NCBI GenBank assembly: GCA_964016885.1
Contig: OZ024743.1
Location: 219,232,001-219,296,000 of the forward strand
Direction: 5' to 3'
Source: Eledone cirrhosa
Taxonomy: Eukaryota
Length of the DNA: 64,000 nt
A program made the translations under genes and the position numbers. The notes beneath the pieces were generated by a model. It saw nothing but the letters and a program-made list of their open reading frames with translations. It made no database searches and had not been told where the DNA came from. Position 1 is the first letter of the stretch. Each line of letters starts with the position of its first letter. This document shows positions 1-10,487 of the stretch, in pieces.

Positions 1-508
1 ATTTATCATAAAAACATTTGTCGTTTTATAAAAATATCCCTCAAAGCTTTTCAATTTAAGTGAAGAAATAAAAACTCAATTGCAATAAAAAAAAAGAAAT
101 GTCGGGGGCTAAATATGAAATAAAAGCGAACTATGTTTTTCATATCAGTTAAAAGTTAAGAAATATGAATTACTTAGCTAGGCACAACGTCCCAGATTTA
201 TAGGGAAAAGAAGATGAGATTGTGTGATAGTCAAACCTTTCTCTTTAGAGTATTAGTAACTTAAAGTGAAAATGAATTGGTCACAACCAGATATCAAAAT
301 TAGTTTCTGGACTTGATTCGTCAGGGGTTGGGGTTACATTTAGTAAATATCAGAGTGGTATGTAATAAACAAGACTATACAAACACGCATACAGTCAAAG
401 ACAAGAACACACAAACGAGCACATCATCATCATCAAATATATATATTTGTATGTGGTTGACATCTGAGAAAAAGGAGTACTCAATACTGAAGTAGAGTTT
501 TAATATTT

Positions 509-649
509 ATTTTATTAAGGCTAAATAGTGAGTCTTGTTACTCTGGAGTTTCACCTGTTTATTATAGGATCATCAAGCAAGAACATGACAACCTTGTGAG
601 AAGGTGAAACTCCAGTGTAACAAGACTCACTATTCAGCCTTAATAAAAT
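509..649. repeat. Inverted repeat with eroded hammerhead-like cores
   Basis: 48-nt arms (509-556 and 602-649); inner ends read AGGT-GAAAC on both strands. Confidence 0.85.
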
Positions 650-710
650 GAATATATATATATATATTCCAACCAGCCCGTCTCCTCAATCTATTTTATT
701 TCTCATTTTT

Positions 711-746
711 TCTTCTGATGAAGGACTAGCGTCCGAAACGTTAAGA
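711..746 (+). ncRNA. Minimal type-I hammerhead ribozyme-like motif (Penelope-type)
   Basis: TCTT-CTGATGA-A-GGAC tagc GTCC-GAAA-CG-TT-AAGA: stem I TCTT/AAGA, stem II GGAC/GTCC, palindromic stem III ACGT. Confidence 0.7.
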
Positions 747-835
747 CCCTCTTCCTGCTATATCAAGTGTTAACCTAATATATACCTTCCATATACTGTA
801 CCGATTGTGTTGTTATTTCTGTTTACCTTTTACAT

Positions 836-905
<70 letters not shown>

Positions 906-908
<3 letters not shown>

Positions 909-1078
909 ACTAGAACTGTTTCATTCATATGGAATCATAATTCCTGATGATTTCATACGAATGAAACAGTTCTAGTCCTGCAGAAGTATCTCTATATATA
1001 ATAAAGATGCCTACTCTCTACCAATGTATTGAATACCTTTTTTAACTGTGGTTACCCACTGACATAACTTGGGAATCT
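906..1078 (+). mobile_element. Palindromic hammerhead-bearing element (degenerate), same family as 44871-45070
   Basis: Inverted repeat 906-979; CTGATGA-TTTC atac GAAT-GAAA-CAG ttctagtc CTG-CA-GAA at 944-985 (U16.1 replaced by C); shares the tail atgtattga-tacctt...actgtggttac; (TA)n on the left, (AC)n(AT)n on the right. Confidence 0.7.
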
Positions 1079-1080
1079 AT

Positions 1081-1129
<49 letters not shown>

Positions 1130-1232
1130 TATACAGATATTTTTAAAGAATGTTTTAATGATCATAGTTACTCCATTGCTTTGGATATCATGAGATATAA
1201 AAGGAAAATTTAGTAGTTCCCATTGTCAAGGA

Positions 1233-2577
1233 TCACAGAGTGGTTGATGTAACAGGGTGGAGCCCATGGACAAACATAGTTGGAGGAAGGCTGTTTGACA
1301 ACATGGTAAGTTGGTGTAAATACGTTTCATATAATTTGATATCATTTGGTGGAAGTGGCAGATATATAAAGCTGATTGCAGTCGCACGAGAATTCTCCAC
1401 AATTAACTGGTTTACCATCCTCACAGTAGAATCACTAAGAGAGTAGAACTCCTGCATCTTTTCTTCAGATGATTCATGTTGGTCCTCAGTGGTACGATAG
1501 TGTGACAAAATCTGGTCCCATGGAACTATCTTGATCCGAGCTAAAATCCGAAGCTGTCTTAAGAAATCATCTAGCTTTTTCTCTTTTTGTAAAGTATTGT
1601 CATTCTCAGTGTCAACACAGAGAAAGACTCGTAGTGTGGTGTGCCGTTTCCATTTGGGAACCATATGCAGAATACAAGCTAACTGGAGCATATAGAGACA
1701 ACTTATGTCAAAATAATTTGATGTTTCTGGTTGGAAGAAGTTCAATGGCCAGACATCAATAAAGTGCTCAGATTTTGAGGACAAAATGGCATTTTTGTCA
1801 AGCTGATTGAAATGGCGACAAATAGTAATGTTTTTCTGCATTTTCAAGCAATCTCGTATGAATCCAACAAATTCTTCAGGGGATTGTACAGAGTGGAATT
1901 CGTTATCAGACCGAATTGCACCAAAATATTCACTAATATTATCAGAAGATCCATTTTCACCCGAGTTCAAGATAAGTTGATAAGTCCGAGTTTTCATGAA
2001 ACTATCCACAGGAGTGGTATCATCATAAAATCCCAAACACACTGTGTTTGGTTTCATTCCTCCAAGACCCGAAATTCTAACAAGATGAATAAAACCCTCA
2101 GAGACAGAAGAAGCCATGGTAACTTCAGGGAAAGCTTTGATTTTAAGATAGTCAATTAAGCTTAGCCATTTAGAGTAGTCTTCTTGGATGGGATCAGACA
2201 AATGTTTACTAAGGGAGCCAATTTTCACGTGGCCAATAATATATAGTCCACCTTTTTTCAGATCATTTATAAAATCCATGAGTTCACAAGACTGACATGG
2301 GTGGGCCACCATTAGAAGAATCTGTGGACGCCAATATTTCACATGATCTTTGCGAGTGTCTAGCATTAAGAGATATTTTCGAACTTGATGGAAAATCAAT
2401 GCTTGGCTAATGGAACCCCATGACGAAGGCAGTGAACGAATGTGCAGCAGGATCACAAGCGACAGCATTATTATCACAGAGATTGATGCGTAGAGTGGGC
2501 TTACATAAAAACACATAGTGATACAACCAATGAGACCCAGAAGAGATGTATGCCAGGTAAAATATTTGAATGTAGGT
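1233..2577 (-). CDS. SLC12A9: SLC12A9-like exon 11 (last TMs plus cytoplasmic C-terminal domain)
   Basis: ttgtag|A CCT; RPTFKYFTW...WGSISQALIFHQVRKYLL...HVKYWRPQILL...GLGGMKPNTVCLGF...PTMFVHGLHPVTSTTL*; 1345 nt; the C-terminal motifs fit SLC12A9 better than NKCC/KCC. Confidence 0.95.
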
Positions 2578-3350
2578 CTACAACAAAAAAAGAAAACAGA
2601 ATTTTTACACAATTAAAAAAAAACAATTCGGTTTCAATATTATTCAGTTCTAATATTTTTGGGACCTGCATAGGCACCAGAATAGCATTGTGCAAAGCAA
2701 GGAATGATCTAACAACTGTTGGTATTTACAGGAGAGGTAACCAAGAAAATGGACAGTCGATATAGTGAATAAGCGGAATTGTTAGAGCATTGGACAAAAT
2801 GCCGCCATTTATGCCACTATTATCACCAGTAGCACCACCACCACCATCATCATCATCATTTATCTCTGGAAGCAAGGATTGGACATGTCACAGTCCAAGG
2901 CAATACTTAATCGATATCAACCTGCCCAAAATCACTCCAAGTTCTGTGAAACAAAACCAACCAGTTTAAAGGGTTCCTATTTAAATTAAAATCTTCAAAC
3001 ATAATTTAACATAAGAACAGTTTGTTAAATTATATTACAAAATACCATCTTAATGAAATAATTAATTATTTTAGTAAATCTCTTCAAATTCTTTTTTAAA
3101 AGGGTGGGCTTAAAAGTTTGAAGGAGTGATGCTAGAACTGTGAAATCTTGCATGCAGTAATTTTAACTCTTCTTATTAATAACTGCATTGTTTCTTTCCA
3201 GGGACTATGTTGAAAAATAAATCTCTTTTGGTCATTCCATGAGGGTGTCTTAATCAGCCTATGAACTTTTCAGCTGATCCTCATAATTCATTCAAATACA
3301 GTGCATTTCATTATAAATATCATTGTGAAAGGGTTAAAGAGACAATTTAC

Positions 3351-3475
3351 CTGAAATTTGGAGCAGAAGCTACTTCAAGACCAAGGCAAGCAAGATTGGT
3401 AGATGCATAGGACAGTAAGAAGCAGACTGACGTGAAAGGAGCAATGTCATTTAGGGATCCAATGAGGAGAACAAG
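3351..3475 (-). CDS. SLC12A9: SLC12A9-like exon 10
   Basis: ttacag|CTT; [41 protein letters not shown](R); donor AG|gtaaat; 125 nt. Confidence 0.95.
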
Positions 3476-4111
3476 CTGTAAAATGGGAGAAAAAGTAATT
3501 TAGTGTTTTTTTTTAAAACAACATATCACTAGTAAACTGTTTAAATGGTTCTTATTTTGTTGTTCAACTCAAAAGAACAGTGTTAAAGAAAGATTCAAAA
3601 TACTACAGCCATTACTTGGAGTTGAGGATGGCTCAGTAGCATGTACCATGCCTCTGCTTAGGGGTTTAGGTATCTATAATTGTGAGAAACCTCTCACCTT
3701 AACCTAACATCAATGGTCTGAGATACCCAGATAATTATGAGCAGGCACAGATACACTCTCATCCTTGACCCAGTGTCAATTGATTGAAATATCCAGGTAA
3801 TTGTGAACAGAAACAGACACCCTCTCACCCATAACCCAGCGCAATATCCAGAATATGAAGACTAGGTACCAATACTGGGCTGGTACCTTCATTACCATCC
3901 CTAAAAGGATAACAGACAAAGTAGATTTCAGCAGGTTTTGAAAGCAGAGTGCAGAGAAACAGAATTACTATTGCAACACACTCTATCAAATGTTGTAATG
4001 ATTCTGCTAAGTCAATCTTCTAAGTAACTTTGACATTTAATGATATATAAACCACTGAGATTATTTTAGTAGCTACAATTCAGAGAACATTTTATAAGTG
4101 ACATATTATAC

Positions 4112-4194
4112 CTGAGCACAGAACCATGTGATAAGAACAGCAACAAAAGGGTTTCCAGTACGTGTTGTAATTTTAGCTGGACTCAGAACAAACC
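4112..4194 (-). CDS. SLC12A9: SLC12A9-like exon 9
   Basis: ttacag|GG; WFVLSPAKITTRTGNPFVAVLITWFCAQ; donor CAG|gtataa; 83 nt. Confidence 0.92.
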
Positions 4195-4518
4195 CTGTAA
4201 AATAAATTTGTATATTAATAGTGAAAAACTCTTAAAGTAATAGGTATATAACAGTCGATCAACAAAATCCCAGACCTCATTTACTTAACAAGTGGGATGG
4301 AGTTCGTCAAATCAGACCGAGGAAACAATGTTTCCATTGGTCTTTCCAATTGCTAATACTATCTACCAGTCGAAAATCCAGGCAGAAGGGGCAATATGAA
4401 ATAAAGAAAGTGTCTTGCTCAAGGACATAACGCATTGGCCAGTCCGGGAATCAAACTCATAACCTCATGATTGCGAATCCAATTTTTTGACCCCTCAGCC
4501 TTCAAGGTATATATTACC

Positions 4519-4584
<66 letters not shown>

Positions 4585-5221
4585 TACATATATAAAACTA
4601 ATTAGTAAATTTCTTTTGTTTTTGTTTTTTAATATCTAAAATTTGATATATCATCATTTTATGTTCACTTTCTATGCTGGTATAGTTTGGATGTGTGGTT
4701 ACATTTTATTAAGGGCATTCAGCCTTAGAAACCAAGCCAGAAGCAGTTCTGTATGAGCAAGGCATGGATACTTGACCTGGCTTGTGTCACAATGGGACAA
4801 CTTGTCTAACCTGTGCTAGTGTGGAAAAATGGACATTAAACGGTGATGATGATGATGATGATGACTTAGATATTAAAATTCCATTTAAGTTGTTGAACTT
4901 TCAGTATCAATCTGTTATAAACAATGCGAAAATCAACTTCTTTGTGCATCTCCCTGTATTATACATTTGATAAATTAAGTGTAACATAGAGTTGCTAAAA
5001 TAACTAAAAGCAGTCACATTGGATCTTAATCTTCTTGACGTTATAGGTTCATTATGTTTCTAATAGAGTAATTTCCCCTTAATACATAATGCAGTGTCAA
5101 GGGAAGCAATTCATAGAAATTTCTAGTGTGTTAAAGGTTAATGTCAAACATTTAGCTTATGTTGACATTTTGAAGAACTGAAAAAAAAAAGAGAAAAGGC
5201 GAGACAAACTGAATAACATAC

Positions 5222-5379
5222 AGAAAAGGTGATCATTAGCCAATCTCTCCAAGACACGAGAGCCACCAATTAGATTTCCAAGCGCTGATGAAAATGTCAC
5301 AGCAAATATTCCTATCACAACAAATGGTTTCCATATATTTATATCTTGAAGGAACACATAGTCATTCACAAGCAGGTCT
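5222..5379 (-). CDS. SLC12A9: SLC12A9-like exon 8
   Basis: ttacag|A; DLLVNDYVFLQDINIWKPFVVIGIFAVTFSSALGNLIGGSRVLERLANDHLF; donor T|gtatgt; 158 nt. Confidence 0.95.
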
Positions 5380-5779
5380 CTGTAAAGATAGATTAGTAAA
5401 TGTATCTATCAGTTAAATAATTACTAGTAATTTCAATTAAATATTTTTTGACAGCTATGCTTGAATGTTTGTGTGTATGTGGTGAGAGAAAATAAGTTAA
5501 ACTCAGCAATATGAATGTACAATATAGAAAAAGATGTAAGTCATTTTTTTAATTGATTAGTCAGGAAAAGAAGGACAGCAGCTATGACCTAATTTAAGGC
5601 CTCAATACTGACAAGAGTGGATGAAAAAGGGAGAGGTAAGTATTCTGAAACCAGTGACCTGGCTTGAATGTAAGTAAGTAACTGAAAGATTATTATTCAC
5701 AGGTTCAATATAGAATCATAAAGCTATAAGCTTTCAATTTCAGTTCTTTGTGGAATACATGCTGGGGTTTATCTACCCA

Positions 5780-6000
5780 GATGTGACAGTAGAAGAGACA
5801 CAAATATGTGGCAATTAGAGAGACACAGATGTGTCACAGTAAGAGACACAGAGAGACACATAAATCTGTCACATTAAGAGAGACACAAATATGTGACAGT
5901 TCGAGAGACACAGATGTATCACAGTAAAAGACACAGAGAGACATAAATCTGTCACATTAAGAGACACACTAAAATATGTGACAGTAAGAGACTTGTAAAA
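5780..6000. repeat. Degenerate ~23-25 bp minisatellite
   Basis: Repeated acacaaatatgtgacagtaagagag variants. Confidence 0.8.
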
Positions 6001-6088
6001 TGACAGCATGGCCCAAATCTGTCACGATGATGATATATATATATAACAAAGAATAATAAATAGAATTGTCACAATAAGAGACACAAAC

Positions 6089-6200
6089 CTCTCACAAGAT
6101 GCAGCAATAAAAAAAGAAAGTATGATGTATGTTACAAAGGTGTATGCCATGGCTGCTAATGTCCCATTTGGAATAGACCGGCTTGGATCTTTCAATTCAC
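6089..6200 (-). CDS. SLC12A9: SLC12A9-like exon 7
   Basis: ttctag|GT; [37 protein letters not shown](R); donor AG|gtttgt; 112 nt. Confidence 0.95.
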
Positions 6201-6818
6201 CTAGAAATATATGAGAACATATTAAAACATCATCATCAAAGGAGAGGTGCTGATCTGGGATTAAACAATAACAACTTTTGAATTCCATGTGTCTAACACC
6301 TGTGGACATGCTTACAAAATCAGAAAACAGCACAGTTCCCATGACTTTCGGAAACATTTTTTCACGCTCGGAGTTGCTGAAGCATGGAACAAACTACCTG
6401 TATCAGTTGTTAGCTGCTGGGACAATGTATTCTTCAAAACTTCCTGAAATTCACCAACACTACACCTGATATTCCCCCTCCATACACATGCACGTATGTG
6501 TCTGTGTGTATATGACTCATACACTGTTCACTTTCCTGACATTTGTACATTATTCTACGTACTATACATGCACCTTTGATGAGTTGTAGTGCACTGGAGC
6601 ACTGTACACAATAGTTTTCATTATTATTATCATAATACATTTTCATCAGCCCAGACTTACATTCCTATTTTTGCTGTAGTTATCACTAGTCATACAAGAC
6701 TAGGTTGTTATTTAATTCCAGGGAAATATCTAATTGAGAAACTGTTCCAGCTATAAACATGTCGCTTTTCAGATTAATCTTGCCCTTTTAATGACAATAC
6801 TATGTAATCTGATAGAGA

Positions 6819-7327
6819 TTTCGTTGCTATTTCTAGTAGCTAGAGCAACCATATAGATTGACTCGTGATGGTATTTAGTTGATGGGACAAGTAAAATCAA
6901 ATAATTGTTTCTGATTTAGGTACAAGGTTAACAATTTGGGGGAAGGGGAAAGCTAACCTCGGCAAAATGTGAATTCAGAACATAAAGGGACGTAACTCTA
7001 TGCTTCAAAGTATATTGTTCGACGCTCTACCGATTACTGCCAATCCACCTTCGCAACGATAGTGGATTGGCAGTAATCGGTAGAGCGTCGAACAATATAC
7101 TTTGAAGTATACAGTGACGTCCCTTTATGTTCTGAATTCACATTTCGCCGAGGTTAGCTTTGCCATTCATCATTATGGGGTCGAGTTAATCGACTTTCCC
7201 CTTCCCCCAAATTGTTAACCTTGTGCCTAAATCAGAAACAATTATTTGATTTTACTTGTCCCATCAACTAAATACCATCACGAGTCAATCTATATGGTTG
7301 TTCTAGCTACTAAAAATAGCAACGAAA
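6819..7327. repeat. Long inverted duplication (SINE A plus flank)
   Basis: Arms 6819-7048 and 7062-7327, 13-nt spacer, few mismatches, one deletion of about 40 nt in the left arm. Confidence 0.95.
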
Positions 7328-8629
7328 CAAATAATGAAAGCAATTACATGTACTACAATTAGGAATTTAGTTATATATTTATACACAAAATCCACACAAG
7401 AGATGTTTAGCATAGAAGAAATTAGTGGTTTCTAGAGTAAAGAGAAGAAAAAAGTAATTGTAGAACAAAAGGCTGTATGTGAAAGACGTCTATAAAACTG
7501 TTTTCCAATGAAAGTAAAAGTGTAAAGGGAGATAATCTTGATGCTTATATGGAGAACACTAAACGAACACACCAATCCCATTGTATGTGTTGACTACATC
7601 AGAAATATGTTTATTTATGAGATGTATAACTTACTATGGTCTTAGCACTCTGTATATAGTGAATGGCAATGTATGTATCGTAAAAATATTTCCATCTTTG
7701 ATAATAACTTACGAATAACTCTCAGTGGCTTCAGATTTTCCAGAAGTCATTTTTCAGTGAGTTCTCTGACAAATACTAACAAGTATAAAGTAATAAATGA
7801 AACCATACCAAATAACAATGATGTTATTAAAATATAAACAACCCGTTTATTCAATTTATAAGTTATTGAAGAGCTCAGGTAATTTTAAAAATAGTGAATA
7901 CGTTTTAGGGGAATGGCGTAGTTTTATGTAAGCAGAAAACGACTTCTTAATCCTTCCCCATTTTCTCATTACTTAATTTTGCTTTTATCTTTCTTTTTCA
8001 TATTTATGTAATCATCAATGGTTTTTAAGCTAACTTTGTGAATATTTCTAATGTTATTTATGCAACTGTAATAATAAAACTTTAGGAATTTACTAATAAA
8101 TATATGCTATATTTCTCAACAAAAATATACAAACATGATGAGTTGATTTCCGTTTACTGCTTTGTGAGTAATTTTTTTTTTCATTCCTCACGCCAATATA
8201 TATATACAGCGTGTTCGCTTTTTACGCGAAGATGTGTTCGTGAACGCGGCGCGTAAAGCGAATCTGATCACACAAACCTTTCTAGCACGCCTTTGTAAGT
8301 ATTGTTGGATTATTTGTGTATACGATTATTTTCTAAGTTATGTTGTTACGTTAATCTTTAGTGATATAAATAAAACAAAAATCTTGTTTGTATCCAACTT
8401 TCCTTGTTTGTTATCTAATGGACTGTGTTTTTAGCTTTCTGAATCTTCTCTCTCATATCTGCACTACAACCTTTAAAGACAACAACTTATCCTCTGCACT
8501 CGATATGACCGCATATAAGTGGGATTCAGACCACTTGGACAGTCTGGGTAGTCAGTAACCCCACTTCAGTACTGACTTGATCTATGTCAAGTCCAACCTT
8601 TGCTAGCAGGGAAATCAGACGTTAAATGA

Positions 8630-8667
<38 letters not shown>

Positions 8668-8760
8668 TCCTAAAGTTTTATTATTACAGTTGCTGGAAGC
8701 TCCAACCGTTAAGGTTGTCTTTTTTTCCGGGTATGTCAATATTTATTTATAAAACAAATC

Positions 8761-8827
8761 TTTATTTTATCTGATGAAAGCGCACCATAATTTGCCTTGA
8801 TTTCCCTTGAAATATATATAAAATAAA
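8761..8827 (+). ncRNA. Degenerate hammerhead-like motif
   Basis: TTTATTTTA-T-CTGATGA-AAG...CTT-GAAA-TATA-TA-TAAAATAAA; stem I complementarity is good, stem II is weak. Confidence 0.45.
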
Positions 8828-9537
8828 TATGGTTTTATAAATATAGTTTCCATTTATTAATATATTGTGTATTTACTCCACTAACTTATTGAGTGCTTTA
8901 TATCAGTTATAAACATTTTAAAGCTTGTTGAATCTCAACAAATTAAATATAACCTCTCCATATATATATAATATATACTTCCTACCATAAAAACCTCTAA
9001 CGTCAATGCATTTACTTCCCTTAGTAGCAGTTTGTATGGAACTAAGGGAAATAAATCTGTAAATTTCACTATACATCTATTCATCTTCCCTGTCTTCGTC
9101 TGTCTGCCTCCCCCCCCCCTCTCTCTCTTTCACACACACATACACACATATTGACGTCTCTGGTACAAATTGACAGTGTAGAAGTTTCCAAACTTATACC
9201 AAACCTCTAATATGGTCACTCAACTGGTTAGATATAACATCTTTCGTTCAAATAACCCTACTGTTTTTTAAGGAAGGACATATTGAATAATAGAGTCTGA
9301 GACATAATATGCCTGAAAAAATAAAACGGGATAGTCATGCCTGATTGCAACTGATCTTAAACAAAACAACAACAATCCCATTTATAGAAGATAAACTAAT
9401 TTCATACATAAGTTGTGGAAATCATCAATATCATTAGTTTTACGTCTGCTTTTCCATGTTGGCATGGATTGGACGAGAATTTTTTTGACACAGTTGTCTT
9501 CGTAAAAAAAAAAATGAATAGAAAATCTTCTACTTAC

Positions 9538-9645
9538 CTGACATATTAGCTCCATTCATAATCCCTGTGATACTGCTGAACAATATAGAGAACACAACAG
9601 CAAAATTCATCACGCTTTTGGTGCTGTAATCTTCTACGTACTTTT
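9538..9645 (-). CDS. SLC12A9: SLC12A9-like exon 6
   Basis: ttccag|AA; [36 protein letters not shown](G) (TM6 motif); donor G|gtaagt; 108 nt. Confidence 0.95.
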
Positions 9646-10487
9646 CTGGAAAAGACCATCACTGCCTTTACTTGGGATAGTTTTTAATATGGATGTAGCA
9701 ATATCAAATTTATAGAGATATAGAAATAAATGTCATTTTTCCTTCCTGCAGATTGGCAGTGAAAGTAAAGTGAAATAATAATAACTGGGATGATACTTTA
9801 TCATCATCATTATCACAATTTAATGTCCATTATTCCATGCTAGCTTGGGTTAGACGACTTGTCCCATTGTGAGTCATGTCAGATCAAGAAACCAAGCCAG
9901 AAACTACTGTTCCTGGCTTGGTTTCTATGGCCAGATACCATTCTTAACGCTAACCACATTTACAGTGTGGACTTTTATTGTGGTACCAAAATGACCATTT
10001 TTACAGTGTGGACTGGGTGCTTTGGTGCTTTTTGCTGTGGCACCTACATGACCACTTTACAGTGTGGACTAGGCACTTTTTATTGTGTCATCTATACGAC
10101 CACCTTACTGTGTAGACACCTACACGACCACTAAAAAGAGTTGGTGACCTCAAATATTTAGATGATATTGGCCTGATGCACCGGCCTCTACAGCTAAAGA
10201 AGTAGGTCTGTTAATTAACAAGTGTATGTGTATATGAGAGAGAGAAAGAGGGGGTGAATATATATATATATAGTTGCTGTAGGGTTGCAGGTAAATGTGT
10301 CCGGAGGCAGTATGCCGGTTGAGCACTCGATGCTCGTGCAGAGCAGAGTATACTAGTATAAAGAACGAGGAATCAGTAATGCATCTGTAACAGATCCTGC
10401 CTCAAGCTGATCGATGGAGAAACATGTAATATGTTAATAAATTGTGGTTTGATGCATTACTGATTCCTCGTTCTTTATACTATATAT

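Noticed and set aside
2578-2612. ORF-track N-terminus of the 459-aa ORF
   Set aside because: Intronic pyrimidine tract; the exon starts at the acceptor at 2577.
6660-6800. Possible GIY-YIG C-terminal remnant (LEQFL..RYF..ELN) upstream of the eroded hammerhead
   Set aside because: Needs frameshifts and is too short to support without a profile search.
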